Shown: positions 1-10,469, counted from the stretch's first letter. The stretch: 64,000 bases of DNA from Candidatus Latescibacterota bacterium (GCA_965221775.1 CBDCSU010000006.1:1440001-1504000), one strand, 5' to 3'. The notes: generated by a model not told the origin, from the letters alone. Program-made: numbers and translations.

Positions 1-61
1 GGCGGATGCGGCGGAACCGTCGCAGGCGCAGGCGGGTGATCGGATCGAGGCGCGGGATCAT
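1..61 (-). CDS. 5' end of second ABC peptide transporter permease (YejE-like), truncated by window edge
   Basis: ATGA overlap with the stop of the upstream permease; reads MIPRLDPITRLRLRRFRRIR, a basic N-terminus typical of YejE/OppC permeases. Confidence 0.6.
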   Translation of the reverse strand, partial: MIPRLDPITRLRLRRFRRIR

Positions 62-1113
62 TCGCCGAACCGCACGCGCGGGTCGACCCAGGCCACGCAC
101 AGGTCGCTGAGCAGGTTGCCCACGAGGAGCAGGACGGAGGAGATGAAGATGTAGCCCATGACCACAGGGTAGTCCCGCGCCGTGATGGCCTCGAAGAACA
201 GCAGGCCCATGCCGGGGATCCCGAAGACGCGCTCGATGAGCAGGGAACCGGCGAGGATGAGGGAGATGTTGTTGCCGAAGCTGGTGGCGATGGGGATGAG
301 CGAGTTGCGCAGGGCGTGGACGAAGACCGAGCGCCTCCAGGTCATGCCCTTGGCGAGAGCGGTCTTGACGTAGTCGGCGCCCATGTTCTCGAGCAGGCTG
401 TTCTTCATGAGGATGGTCATGAAGGCGAAGAGGCTGATGGCGAAGCAGAGGACGGGCAGGGCCGTGTGGTGCAGGCGGTCTAGGATCTTGCCGGAGAAGC
501 TCAGGTCGGCGAAGCCCTGGCTCTCGAACCCGGCCAGGGGAAACCAGTCCCGCTGCACGGCGAAGAGGGCCAGCAGCACGGCCCCCAGGGCGTACCCCGG
601 GATGGCGTACCCGAGGAAGATGACGAAGGAGGTGAGGTTGTCGAAGTGACTCTTGTGGCGCAGGGCCTTGAGGATGCCGAGGGGGATGCAGATCGAATAG
701 GTCAGGAGGAAGGCGATGCCGCCGAAATAGATGGAGACGGGCATGCGGCTGACGATGAGGTCCTCCACCGGCATGGTGTAGCGGAAGGAATCCCCCAGGT
801 CGAGGGTGGCCAGGTTCGCCAGGTAGAGGCCGTAGCGCACCAGCAGGGGACGGTCGAAGCCGTAGTACCGCTGCAGGCTCTCCAGGTCGGCCTGGGGAAT
901 CTCGATGGAGGAGAGGCGCCCGCCGCCCGCGGCTCCGGCCTCTCCCGCCGGGTCGGCCCCGGCGATGCGCATCCGCATCTGATCGATGGGACCGCCGGGC
1001 ACGAACTGGCACAGGAGGAAGACCAGGAAGGTGATGCCCAGCAGGGTGGGCAGGATCAGGAGCAGGCGCCGGAGGACGTACTGGCGCAGGGCGTGGGCGC
1101 GCGATACGGGCAT
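58..1113 (-). CDS. yejB: ABC oligopeptide/microcin C transporter permease (YejB/OppB family)
   Basis: RRLLLILPTLLGI..VPGGP N-terminus, EAA loop DYVKTALAKG, C-terminal RDYPVV..DPRV. Confidence 0.8.
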   Translation of the reverse strand: MPVSRAHALRQYVLRRLLLILPTLLGITFLVFLLCQFVPGGPIDQMRMRIAGADPAGEAGAAGGGRLSSIEIPQADLESLQRYYGFDRPLLVRYGLYLANLATLDLGDSFRYTMPVEDLIVSRMPVSIYFGGIAFLLTYSICIPLGILKALRHKSHFDNLTSFVIFLGYAIPGYALGAVLLALFAVQRDWFPLAGFESQGFADLSFSGKILDRLHHTALPVLCFAISLFAFMTILMKNSLLENMGADYVKTALAKGMTWRRSVFVHALRNSLIPIATSFGNNISLILAGSLLIERVFGIPGMGLLFFEAITARDYPVVMGYIFISSVLLLVGNLLSDLCVAWVDPRVRFGE

Positions 1114-1123
1114 TTCCGCGACG

Positions 1124-2137
1124 CTACTGGCCCAGGGCTTCAGCCCTTTCGTACGCGGTCTCGCTCTCCTGGATGCGGGACCTCAAGGCGTAGATGCGGC
1201 CCAGCTCGCGCCACACCGCGGCATTCTCCGGCAGCTCGACGGAAAGCCGCTCCAGCAGGGGCAGGGCGAGGTCCAGCTCCTCCAGGGCCAGGTAGGTGAC
1301 GGCGAGGTTGAAGCGGGCATCGGCGTTGCCGTCGTCGAGTGCCACGGCGCGCTCGAAGTGTCCGCGGGCGACGGCGAACTCCTCGCCGGCCCAGTGCAGG
1401 TTGCCCAGGGTGAAGTGGCAATCGAAGCAGTCCGGGTTGATGGCCAGGGCGCGCTGCACCAGCTCCCCCGCCTCGGCCGGGCGGTCCTGGTCCATGTGGA
1501 CCATGGCCAGGTGCACGAGGGCGCCCTGGTGCTCGCCGTGCTTGAGCACCGCCTCGAAGCAGCGGGCCGCCTCGTCGTAGCTCTGCCGGCTGAGGTACAG
1601 GGTGCCCAGCATGCGGTACGTCGACGTGTCGTCGGGCGCCTGGGAGACGACGTGCTCGAAGCCGCTGACGGCGCCGTCCAGATCGCCGAGCTGATAGTCG
1701 ACGACGGCGAGGTTGCGCCAGGCCATCAGCTCATCGGGCAGCACCCGCACGGCGAGGGCGAAGTGGCCGCGCGCGGCCTCCAGATCGGGAGTTGCGCCGC
1801 CGGCGACGGCAACCCCCTCGTTGTAGATCCGCGACCCGTAGCGCCGCCTCTCGTCGGCGATCTGCTCGTCGAACTTGCCCCCCAGCTCCTGGGCCCGGTC
1901 GAAGGCGTCGGCCATGGCCGGGTAGTCGCCCAGCAGGCCGCAGACCCTTCCGAGGTGGAAGAACCCCTCGGCGTTGCCGGGCTTCTCGGCCACGGCGAGC
2001 TCGAGCTGCTCCCGGGCCTTGTCGTACTGCTCCTGCTGGATGTAGAGCTTGCCGGCCGTGAGCGAGCTCTGGCACCCCGTCAGGGCGGGAAGGCAGGCGA
2101 GCAGGGCGGCGGCGCACAGGGCGAGGGAGGATCGCAT
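1124..2137 (-). CDS. TPR-repeat lipoprotein
   Basis: Signal peptide with lipobox LTGC; repeated TPR helices (FHLGRV, WRNLAVV, RFNLAVTY). Confidence 0.8.
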   Translation of the reverse strand: MRSSLALCAAALLACLPALTGCQSSLTAGKLYIQQEQYDKAREQLELAVAEKPGNAEGFFHLGRVCGLLGDYPAMADAFDRAQELGGKFDEQIADERRRYGSRIYNEGVAVAGGATPDLEAARGHFALAVRVLPDELMAWRNLAVVDYQLGDLDGAVSGFEHVVSQAPDDTSTYRMLGTLYLSRQSYDEAARCFEAVLKHGEHQGALVHLAMVHMDQDRPAEAGELVQRALAINPDCFDCHFTLGNLHWAGEEFAVARGHFERAVALDDGNADARFNLAVTYLALEELDLALPLLERLSVELPENAAVWRELGRIYALRSRIQESETAYERAEALGQ

Positions 2138-2150
2138 GGGAAGCCTCTTG

Positions 2151-3074
2151 TCAGACGAAGGTGAGCCAGCCGTGGCGGTCCTCCACCTCGGCGTTGATGG
2201 TCTGGAAGAACAAGGTCTGCAGGCGCTCGGTGACCGGACCCCGGCGGCCCGAGCCGATGGGGATCCTGTCGATGGCGCGCACCGGGGAGATCTCCGCCGC
2301 CGTCCCCGTGAAGAACACCTCGTCGGCGATATAGAGGAGCTCGCGCGGGATGGCGCCGGACTCGACCTCCATGCCCAGGTCCCGGGCCAGGGTGATGGCC
2401 GAGTGCCGGGTGATGCCGGGCAGGATCGAGTGGTGGGACGCGGGGGTGTGGATCGTGCCGTCCTTGACGAGGAAGACGTTCTCGCCGCTGCCCTCGCTCA
2501 CCAGGCCGTCGGGGCCGAGGACGATGCCCTCGTCGTAGCCGTTGGCACTGGCCTCCATGCGAACGAGCTGGGAATTGAGGTAGTTCCCCCCGGCCTTGGC
2601 CAGGTTCGGCATGGTGTTGGGCGCCGAGCGGTTCCACGACGACGTGCACACCGAGACGCCCTGCTCCAGGGCCTCCTCGCCGAGGTACTCCCCCCATTCC
2701 CAGACGGCGATGACCGTGTCCACCGGGCAGGGCAGGGGATCGACGCCGAGGGAACCGTAGCCGCGGAAGGCGATGGGCCGGATGTAGCAGGCCTCGAGCC
2801 GGTTGACCCGGATCGTCTCCAGGATCGCCTCGGCGACCTGGCCGCGGTCGAAGGGGATCTCCATGCGGTAGATCCTGGCCGAATCGAAGAGCCGGGTCAC
2901 GTGGTCCTGCAGGCGGAAGACCGCCGGCCCCTTCTTCGTGGCATAGCAGCGGATCCCCTCGAAGACGGAGGAGCCGTAATGCACCACGTGGGAGAGGACG
3001 TGGGTGCGGGCCTCGTCCCAGGGCACGAACTGGCCGTTGAACCAGATCTTCTCGGATTTCGGCATGGGGGGCAT
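2151..3074 (-). CDS. ilvE: branched-chain amino acid aminotransferase
   Basis: [40 protein letters not shown] motifs. Confidence 0.95.
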   Translation of the reverse strand: MPPMPKSEKIWFNGQFVPWDEARTHVLSHVVHYGSSVFEGIRCYATKKGPAVFRLQDHVTRLFDSARIYRMEIPFDRGQVAEAILETIRVNRLEACYIRPIAFRGYGSLGVDPLPCPVDTVIAVWEWGEYLGEEALEQGVSVCTSSWNRSAPNTMPNLAKAGGNYLNSQLVRMEASANGYDEGIVLGPDGLVSEGSGENVFLVKDGTIHTPASHHSILPGITRHSAITLARDLGMEVESGAIPRELLYIADEVFFTGTAAEISPVRAIDRIPIGSGRRGPVTERLQTLFFQTINAEVEDRHGWLTFV

Positions 3075-3110
3075 GAAAGGGCTCCTGCACGGCGCGTTGG
3101 GCGCCGCCGG

Positions 3111-5015
3111 TCAGAACGAACGGGTGAGGGTGAGGTTCATCCTGTCGAAGGTGCCGCTGCGCTGCCGCGAGCGGCTGAAGGACGAGGTCAGACCGGTCTG
3201 TCCGGCCGGCTGGTAGTTGAGGTTGAGCCTCAAGGTCTCGTGGGGGTGGCGGGCGACGCGATCCCGTTCGACCTCGTCGCGTCCGTAGAGGACTCGCCAC
3301 TGGCGCCGAAGCCGGACCGAGTAGCTCATGGATATGGAGGCACCTTCGGCCGGGCGATAGCTCATGTTGAAGTTCGCCGAGTGGTCGCTGTTCTCCCCCT
3401 CGACGATCTGGGCGTCCTCCTCCGTCAACAGCGTGCCGGAATCATCGGCCTTGTAGGAGTAGCTGGTGCTGAGGCTCAGGGAATTGAGCAGGGACCGCTG
3501 GACCTTGTGAGTCATGCCCCAACTGCGGTGGATTTCGCTGCGCCGGTCGACGGCGTCGGGGCTCAACTGGCGATCGAAGTCGAAGATAGTGCGCCGTGCG
3601 GATATTTGAAAGGTGTGGCTCACTTGCAGCTCGTGGCGTTCGTAGTTCGTGCCCATGGAGAGCCGGATATTGAGGTTGCGCTGGTTGTCGCCGGCCCTGG
3701 AAGCGTCGAGGTTGACCCGGCGAGAGAGGTTGGATGACAGGGAACTGTTGTAGCGCAGACCGCTCGGGCGCGCCCCTCGAAGTGAGAGAGAGAGGTTGCG
3801 GTTGAAGAGGTCCCGGTCCTGGTGAGGGGCGCCCGGGTTGTCGGAACGGTTCATGCGAGTCGATGCGGAGAGGTTGATCGTGTGCTCCTTGTCCAGCTGC
3901 CAGTTCAGCGATCCACCGAGGTCCAGGTTCTGGTTCTCGCGGTCGTCCGTGGGATCCCGGAAGGCGGCCCCGCTGGAGAGAGTCACCGGCAGGCGCCGCT
4001 CGTCGTTGGTCGACCAGCCCAGCTTCAGGCTGCCCACGAGGGTTTCGCTCAGCCGGCCGCTGGCGTTGCCGCTGAGGTCCCACTTCTCGTTCTTGCGGTC
4101 CCTCGCATAGAAGCGGTTCCCCACGTCTTCCTCGGCATTGGCGGTGTTGGTGTTCAGTCCCTTCGACCAGCTCTGGTTCCCCCTCATGTCGAAGCCGAAG
4201 AGCTTGAAGGACAGAGAGGAGGACAGGCTGGTGTTGCGGCGCTCGGACAGCTCCGCCGCCACGGAGGCCTTCGAGCCGTCGAAGACGGGACGGGAGACGC
4301 CGGCCTGGGAACGGCTCTCACCCAGGGAAAAACCGGTGCGCACATCTCCTGGGAGGGTGTAGCCAGCGCTCATGCGCAGGCTCTCGCTGCGGCTCTTGTT
4401 GATCTCGAGGGTGTTGTCCGTCTTGCTCAGGGAGAGGTTCGTGGTGAGCTTGCGGCCCCCCACCTCGAAGGCCGGCGACGTATTCATCGAACCCGTGTAC
4501 TGGAGCCCCGACTCCTCGATGAGGCTGTCCGGATTCACCGGACTCGCGCGCCGGGCCGAGATCACCCCCGGAACGACGTTGAAGCGCAGGTTGCGGAAGA
4601 CCCCTTCACTCCCGGCCAGGGGCTGGTAGCCGAAACGGAACCCGAAGGACTGGCTGCGCGTGCGCTGGCGCTGCAGACCGGCGTTCCGGCTCCGCATGCT
4701 GGCGTTGACTCCGATGGAGGCCCTGGGGCCGAGGATCGGATAGGTCACGGAGGTGCGGATACCGGCCGACTCCTGCCAGACGTGGCCGCGGCGGTCGAGC
4801 TGCGAGGTCAACGACGCCGAGGCGTTCATGCTCAGTTGGGCGGTGGTATCGCCCGCCGCCGCCAGGGTCACGGGGGTCGAGAAGCGCCATCCGGGAAAGG
4901 TCGGCGTCCACACCATTCGGTCCCTTGTCCCGCTGAATCTCAGGGAATAGCTCTGGCCCCAGCCCTCCGGGGGCCCGGTCACCACGACGAGGACGGCGAT
5001 CAGGAGGGGTCTCAC
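3111..5015 (-). CDS. hypothetical secreted / outer-membrane beta-barrel protein
   Basis: GTG start overlapping the rsmA stop (GTGA); signal-peptide-like start; Ser/Thr/Arg-rich alternating strands; C-terminal Phe (LTLTRSF). Confidence 0.65.
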   Translation of the reverse strand: MRPLLIAVLVVVTGPPEGWGQSYSLRFSGTRDRMVWTPTFPGWRFSTPVTLAAAGDTTAQLSMNASASLTSQLDRRGHVWQESAGIRTSVTYPILGPRASIGVNASMRSRNAGLQRQRTRSQSFGFRFGYQPLAGSEGVFRNLRFNVVPGVISARRASPVNPDSLIEESGLQYTGSMNTSPAFEVGGRKLTTNLSLSKTDNTLEINKSRSESLRMSAGYTLPGDVRTGFSLGESRSQAGVSRPVFDGSKASVAAELSERRNTSLSSSLSFKLFGFDMRGNQSWSKGLNTNTANAEEDVGNRFYARDRKNEKWDLSGNASGRLSETLVGSLKLGWSTNDERRLPVTLSSGAAFRDPTDDRENQNLDLGGSLNWQLDKEHTINLSASTRMNRSDNPGAPHQDRDLFNRNLSLSLRGARPSGLRYNSSLSSNLSRRVNLDASRAGDNQRNLNIRLSMGTNYERHELQVSHTFQISARRTIFDFDRQLSPDAVDRRSEIHRSWGMTHKVQRSLLNSLSLSTSYSYKADDSGTLLTEEDAQIVEGENSDHSANFNMSYRPAEGASISMSYSVRLRRQWRVLYGRDEVERDRVARHPHETLRLNLNYQPAGQTGLTSSFSRSRQRSGTFDRMNLTLTRSF

Positions 5016-5857
5016 GCCGCCGACTCGGTCCACACCCCGGTGAGGCGGGCGTAGTCGTGAACGCTCAGGTTCTCGGCGCGCCTCGTCAGGTCGATCCGCG
5101 CGCGCCCGGCCAGGTCCGCCAGCCTTCCGGGGGCGACGGCGCCTTCCTCGGGTCCGGGGGAGGGCAGGGCGGCCAGGGCGTTGCGGAGCATCTTCCGGCG
5201 CTGCGCGAAGGCGGCCTTGACGATCTGCTCGAAGCGGCCCATGTCGACCACGGAAACGCGGCCGGGCAGGAACTCGATGTCGACCACGGCGGAATCGACC
5301 CGCGGCACGGGGCGAAAGGCGGTGGGTGGGATCTGCCGGGCCAGGTCGATGCGGGCGCACTGGTTCAGCATCACCGTGAGGCGGCCGTAGCGGCGTGACC
5401 CCGGGGCCGCCACCAGCCGTTCGGCGACCTCCTTCTGGAGGGTGAGGACGGCGCGGCGGACCAGGCCGGCATGCTCCCGGAGCCGGAAGAGGACGGGAGC
5501 GGTGATGTCGTACGGCAGGTTGCCGACGACGAAGAGGTTGCGCCGGCCTTCGTCGCCGGGGAGCCCCGCCAGGTCGAGGCGAAGGATGTCCCCCTCGATG
5601 ATGCGAAGGGGCGGGTCCGGAAACCGGGACCGCAGCTGGCCGGCGAGGCGGCGGTCGATCTCCACGGCCACGAGACGGTCCAGCCGGTCCAGCAGGGGGG
5701 CGGTGATCGCGCCCCTTCCCGGGCCGATCTCGAGGACGAGGTCGTCGGGCGCCGGACGCACCAGATCGGCGATCGCCGCCCGCGCCTCGGCGTCGATCAG
5801 GAAGTGCTGGCCGAAGCGCTTGCGCGGCCGGGGCCGGGCCCCCGGAGGACGCTTCAC
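5012..5857 (-). CDS. rsmA: 16S rRNA m6,2A1518/1519 dimethyltransferase
   Basis: KRFGQHFL, EIGPGRG, GNLPY, QRRKMLRN; GTG start overlaps the holB stop. Confidence 0.95.
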   Translation of the reverse strand: MKRPPGARPRPRKRFGQHFLIDAEARAAIADLVRPAPDDLVLEIGPGRGAITAPLLDRLDRLVAVEIDRRLAGQLRSRFPDPPLRIIEGDILRLDLAGLPGDEGRRNLFVVGNLPYDITAPVLFRLREHAGLVRRAVLTLQKEVAERLVAAPGSRRYGRLTVMLNQCARIDLARQIPPTAFRPVPRVDSAVVDIEFLPGRVSVVDMGRFEQIVKAAFAQRRKMLRNALAALPSPGPEEGAVAPGRLADLAGRARIDLTRRAENLSVHDYARLTGVWTESAA

Positions 5858-6951
5858 GCCGGGGAAGCTCCGGCGCGGCGCAACTGGTACCAGAGATCGG
5901 CCAGCAGCAGCTGGGGGTTCACGTTGCGGCCCAAGGCTTCGTACGCCGAGTCCAGGGTACGCGCCAGGCGGTCGAGTCCCACCCCCGAGATGCGGCGGCT
6001 CCAGTCGTCGAGCCGTTCGCCGCGGTCGCCGTGGGCCACGGAGCCGCCGCGGCCGCCCTGCAGCAGCAACACGTCCCTCAGGTACGTGGAGCACAACTCG
6101 AGAAACGCTTCCATGCGCTCCTTGTCGGGCCTCCCCCCGAAATCCTCGAGGAGGGGCCAGTAGTCCCGCTCGCGGCCGCAGAGCCCGGAGTCGATGAAGC
6201 GCTCCACCAGGTCGCGCAGGGCGTCGAAGGACTCGTCCGCCACCTCCGCCGGACGGACCGGGCCGCTGGCGGCGAGTCGTCCGGCGAGGGAGGCCCGCTC
6301 CACCGACGCCCCCGAGCCCTGCAGCTCGTTCCGGACCTCGGCGGCGGTCCGAGGCCGCAGGGGCAACCGCTGGCACCGGGAGACGACCGTCGGCAGCAGG
6401 CGCTCCGCCGTTTCCGAGACCAGCAGGAAGAGGGCGTGGCCGGGCGGCTCCTCAAGGGTCTTCAGCAGCGAGTTGGACCCCTCGGGCCGCATGCGGTCGG
6501 CCTCGAAGATGACGGCCACGCGCCTCGAGGATCCCGGCGCCGGGGCGAAGGCCATCTCGCGCTGCACGGGCTCCAGGTACTCCTTCCGGATGGTTCCTCC
6601 CGTGCGCAGGGCCCTGCCGCCCTCGAGGTAGTCGAGGGCCGCCTCGCGGAGGGCGGCGAACCGCTCGGCCTCGGTCTCCTTGCGCCCCGGCCGGGGAGGG
6701 GGCATGGGCAGCAGAACCTGCAGGTTGGGATGGCTCAGATGATCGATCTGGAGGCAGGTCGGGCAGTCGCCGCAGCCGCCCGCCGGACCGCTCCGGCCGC
6801 AGAGGACCGCCCGCGCCAGCTCGATGGCCAGGCGCCGCTTGCCCGCGCCCTCCGGTCCGGTGATGAGGATGGCGTGGGGGAGGCGGCCGGAGTTCAGCCA
6901 GGCCGCGACCTGCGCCCTCGCCCGCTCCTGGCCGATGACCCGATCGAGCAC
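5854..6951 (-). CDS. holB: DNA polymerase III delta-prime subunit
   Basis: HAILITGPEGAGK, CGDCPTC Zn site, NSLLKTLEEPP, LLPTVVSRC. Confidence 0.9.
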   Translation of the reverse strand: MLDRVIGQERARAQVAAWLNSGRLPHAILITGPEGAGKRRLAIELARAVLCGRSGPAGGCGDCPTCLQIDHLSHPNLQVLLPMPPPRPGRKETEAERFAALREAALDYLEGGRALRTGGTIRKEYLEPVQREMAFAPAPGSSRRVAVIFEADRMRPEGSNSLLKTLEEPPGHALFLLVSETAERLLPTVVSRCQRLPLRPRTAAEVRNELQGSGASVERASLAGRLAASGPVRPAEVADESFDALRDLVERFIDSGLCGRERDYWPLLEDFGGRPDKERMEAFLELCSTYLRDVLLLQGGRGGSVAHGDRGERLDDWSRRISGVGLDRLARTLDSAYEALGRNVNPQLLLADLWYQLRRAGASPA

Positions 6952-6961
6952 GCCGCCGGGG

Positions 6962-8074
6962 TCAGTTCCGGTGGAGGAGACTGACCTCGGTCTCCCTGTC
7001 GAAGTAGTGCGCCTTGCCGATCTCCACGGCCAGGCGGACCCGCTGCTCCACGGCGGGGACGTGCAGGGGGTCGACCCGGGCCACGAAGGAGGAGCGGCCC
7101 GTGGTCAGGTAGAGGAAGACCTCGTTGCCCATGGGCTCCACGACCTCCACCGTCGCCTCGATCTCGACGGCGTCGACGCCCGGGGCCATCGTGGCCGGGT
7201 CGTGGATGTCCTCCGGACGGATGCCGAGGACCACTTCCTGACCGGCGTGGTCCCCCAGACCCCCGGCCTGGGATGGGGGCAGGGGCAGCTGGATGCCCCC
7301 CTCGTCGAAGACCAGGCCGCCGCCGCCGTTGGTCAGGCGGCCCTCGAAGAAGTTCATCGACGGGCTGCCGATGAAGCCGGCCACAAACTGGTTGGCCGGG
7401 AAGTTGTAGAGGTTGAGGGGCGAGTCGTTCTGCTGGATGCGGCCGTCCTTCATCACCACGATGCGGTCCCCCATGGTCATCGCCTCGGTCTGATCGTGGG
7501 TGACGTAGAGCATGGTCGCCTCGAGCCGGCGGTGGAGCTTGCTGATCTCGGTGCGCATCTGCACGCGCAGCTTGGCGTCGAGATTCGAGAGCGGCTCGTC
7601 GAAGAGGAAGACCTTCGGCTTGCGCACGATGGCCCGGCCCACGGCGACGCGCTGGCGCTGGCCGCCGGACAAGGCGCGGGGCTTGCGCTCCAGCAACTCC
7701 TCGATCCCCAGGATCTCGGCCGCCTCGCGGACCCGGGCGTCGATCTCCTGCCTGGGGTACTTCCGCAGCTTGAGGCCGAAGGCCATGTTCTGATAGACGC
7801 TCATGTGCGGGTAGAGGGCGTAGTTCTGGAAGACCATGGCGATGTCGCGGTCCTTGGGCGGGATGTCGTTCACCAGGGTGCCGTCGATGTAGATCTCGCC
7901 CTCGGTGATCTCCTCCAGCCCGGCCACCATGCGCAGGGTCGTCGACTTGCCGCACCCCGAGGGACCGACGAGGACGACGAAGGACCGGTCCTCGATGTGG
8001 ATGTCGGCGCCATCCACGGCGACCACGTCCTTGCCGAAGACCTTGCTCACGCTTTTCAGGACAACCTCTGCCAT
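6962..8074 (-). CDS. carbohydrate ABC transporter ATP-binding protein (MalK/UgpC/MsmX type)
   Basis: GPSGCGKST, MVFQNYALYPHM, LSGGQRQR, DEPLSNLDAKLR, C-terminal TOBE domain. Confidence 0.92.
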   Translation of the reverse strand: MAEVVLKSVSKVFGKDVVAVDGADIHIEDRSFVVLVGPSGCGKSTTLRMVAGLEEITEGEIYIDGTLVNDIPPKDRDIAMVFQNYALYPHMSVYQNMAFGLKLRKYPRQEIDARVREAAEILGIEELLERKPRALSGGQRQRVAVGRAIVRKPKVFLFDEPLSNLDAKLRVQMRTEISKLHRRLEATMLYVTHDQTEAMTMGDRIVVMKDGRIQQNDSPLNLYNFPANQFVAGFIGSPSMNFFEGRLTNGGGGLVFDEGGIQLPLPPSQAGGLGDHAGQEVVLGIRPEDIHDPATMAPGVDAVEIEATVEVVEPMGNEVFLYLTTGRSSFVARVDPLHVPAVEQRVRLAVEIGKAHYFDRETEVSLLHRN

Positions 8075-8143
8075 CGACTCTCTCCCGGGAGACCGGCGGG
8101 GCTTGCCACCGCCGGGTGTCATTGGGGCCAGGGACCCGCCGGT

Positions 8144-8839
8144 TCAGGGGGCCGGCGCGCCGCCCTCCTGCCGCGGACGGGTGACGAAAGCGGTCCTGCC
8201 CAGGTAGACGGGCTCCGCCCGACCCGGATCGAGGCACTCGCCGCGCTCCAGCTTGGGCCCGGCGAGCCACGCGGCCGCGGCGGCACAGGGGCTGCGCACG
8301 GCCGCGGGCGCGCGTCTCACCTCCGGCGACCCATCCCGCGGGAGGTCCAGGCCATCGCCGGTAAACAGTACGTCGCGGCCGTTCCACTCCGCCATCAGTT
8401 CCGCCCGGTCGGCGACGCGCTCGGGACTCAGCGGCCGGGGCCGGCCCCGTGAGGTGTCGAAGGCCGCCGTGTAGACCTCCTCCCTCCGCGCCGCCAGGGC
8501 CACGCACACCGGCAGGCGGCACCACGGGACCCGCGCCGCCAGCACCTCGAGCGTCGACAGGCCGACGAGAGGGGCCTCCAGGGCCATGCACAGCCCCTTC
8601 GCCGCGCTCAGGCCGATGCGCAGCCCGGTGAAGGAGCCCGGGCCGATGGTGACGGCCACGGCGCCGATCTGCCCTCGTTGGCCGCCGGCGTCGCCGAGGG
8701 CCCGGTCGATCTCCGGAAAGAGCCGCCGGGAGTGCTCCCGGGGGGCCTGGAAGGTCCTCAGAGCCAGGATCGAATCGCCGGCCGACACCGCCACGCTGCC
8801 GGCGGAGGTGGCCGTGTCGATGGCCAGGAGCAGGTTCAC
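8144..8839 (-). CDS. tsaB: t6A biosynthesis protein TsaB
   Basis: LAIDTAT, GPGSFTGLRIG, EPVY; GTG overlaps the ruvB stop. Confidence 0.9.
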   Translation of the reverse strand: MNLLLAIDTATSAGSVAVSAGDSILALRTFQAPREHSRRLFPEIDRALGDAGGQRGQIGAVAVTIGPGSFTGLRIGLSAAKGLCMALEAPLVGLSTLEVLAARVPWCRLPVCVALAARREEVYTAAFDTSRGRPRPLSPERVADRAELMAEWNGRDVLFTGDGLDLPRDGSPEVRRAPAAVRSPCAAAAAWLAGPKLERGECLDPGRAEPVYLGRTAFVTRPRQEGGAPAP

Positions 8840-9864
8840 AGGAGGTCCATCTGGTCGCCGGGGTCCAGCCCCTGGGGGGGCGTCCTTCCCAGGTGGGTCC
8901 AGGCCGGCGCCATGGCCTGACGGCCGCGCGGGGTCCGCTTGAGGAACCCCTGCTGGATGAGGTACGGCTCGTAGACCTCGGTGATGGTGCCCTCCTCCTC
9001 GCCGATGGCGGCGGCCAGGTTGTTCACCCCCACCGGACCTCCCCCGAACCGGTCGATGATCACCTCCAGCAATCGGCGGTCGACCTCGTCCAGGCCGAGA
9101 TCGTCCACCTTGAGGATCTCGAGGGCGGCGGCGGCGGTGTCCCGGTCGACGGTGCCGCCGCCCTCGACCTGGGCGTAGTCGCGGCAGCGCCGCAGCCAAC
9201 GCTTGGCGAGGCGCGCCGTGCCGCGGGCGCGGCGGGCGATCTCGCCGGCCCCCTCGGGGAGGACGGTGAAGCCGAGGAGCCTGGCGTCGCGCAAGACGAT
9301 CTGCACCAGCTCGTCGACGGTGTAGTAGTCGAGGTTGGCGGTGATCAGGAAGCGGGCGCGCATGGGAGCCGTGAGCAGTCCCTGCCGGGTGGTGGCGCCC
9401 ACCAGGGTGAACCGTTCCAGATCCAGGGTCACCGACCGGGCGGTGGGCCCCGAGTCGATGAGGATGTCGATGCGGTAGTCCTCCATGGCAGAGTAGAGGT
9501 ACTCCTCCACCTCGCGATTGACGCGGTGGACCTCGTCGATGAAGAGGACGTCGCGGGCCCCGAGGGCGGTGACGATGCCGGCCAGGTCGACGGGGCGGTC
9601 GAGCAACGGACCCGAGGTGTCGTGCACGGCGACGCCCATCTCGTTGGCGATCACCCGGGCGAGGGTGGTCTTGCCGAGGCCCGGGGGCCCGGACAGGAGC
9701 ACGTGGTCGAGGGCCTCGCCGCGCTCCCTGGCGGCGGTGATGGCGATCCGCAGCTGCTGCTTGACCTTGTCCTGCCCGAGCATCTCATCCAGACGCTTGG
9801 GACGTAGAGACGGATCCAGCCCCTCGTCTCCCTGGTCCTCGGGATCGACGAATCTGGTTTCCAT
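8836..9864 (-). CDS. ruvB: Holliday junction helicase RuvB
   Basis: LRPKRL, GPPGLGKTTLA, FIDEVHR, GATTR, RTPRGR. Confidence 0.97.
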   Translation of the reverse strand: METRFVDPEDQGDEGLDPSLRPKRLDEMLGQDKVKQQLRIAITAARERGEALDHVLLSGPPGLGKTTLARVIANEMGVAVHDTSGPLLDRPVDLAGIVTALGARDVLFIDEVHRVNREVEEYLYSAMEDYRIDILIDSGPTARSVTLDLERFTLVGATTRQGLLTAPMRARFLITANLDYYTVDELVQIVLRDARLLGFTVLPEGAGEIARRARGTARLAKRWLRRCRDYAQVEGGGTVDRDTAAAALEILKVDDLGLDEVDRRLLEVIIDRFGGGPVGVNNLAAAIGEEEGTITEVYEPYLIQQGFLKRTPRGRQAMAPAWTHLGRTPPQGLDPGDQMDLL

Positions 9865-10457
9865 CAGCGCTCCCGCAAGGCGCCCTTGATCAGGGCCTGC
9901 ACCGACGCCTCACCCTCCCCGAGACGGCTGCGCACCGCCTCCAGGGCCTTGCGCGCCGCCGGCCCGGTGAAGCCGAGAGCCTCCAGGGCCAGCATGGCCT
10001 CGTCGAGGTCGTCCGAGCCGGCTTCCTGCGCCGCCTCGGGGCCGGTCCGCAAGGGCCGCCGGATCCGGTCCTTCAAGTCGACCACAACCCTCTGGGCCGT
10101 CCTGGGGCCGATGCCGCGCACCCGGGTGAGGTCGCCGGCGCGCTCTTCCTGGATGGCGCGGGCCAAGTCGTCGACGGACAGGCCGGAGAGGATCGTCAGG
10201 GCGAGGTTGGGACCGATGCCGGAGATGCCGATGAGGAGCCGGAACATCTCGCGCTCCGCCTCCTGAAGGAAACCGAAGAGAGCCAGCTGGTCCTCGCGGA
10301 CGTGGGTGTGGGCCAGGATCTCGACGGGGGAACCCGCAGCGGGCAGACCGTCGTACGTGGTCAGGGAGATGGACAGCTCGTAGCCGACCCCCCCGACCTC
10401 GACGACGGCGCGGGTCGGCGCCTTGTGGGCCAGGAGGCCGCGGAGGTGCGTGATCAC
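9864..10457 (-). CDS. ruvA: Holliday junction branch migration protein RuvA
   Basis: GGVGYE, HVRED, ISGIGP, GIGPRTAQR. Confidence 0.95.
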   Translation of the reverse strand: MITHLRGLLAHKAPTRAVVEVGGVGYELSISLTTYDGLPAAGSPVEILAHTHVREDQLALFGFLQEAEREMFRLLIGISGIGPNLALTILSGLSVDDLARAIQEERAGDLTRVRGIGPRTAQRVVVDLKDRIRRPLRTGPEAAQEAGSDDLDEAMLALEALGFTGPAARKALEAVRSRLGEGEASVQALIKGALRER

Positions 10458-10469
10458 CCGGGGACCCTC

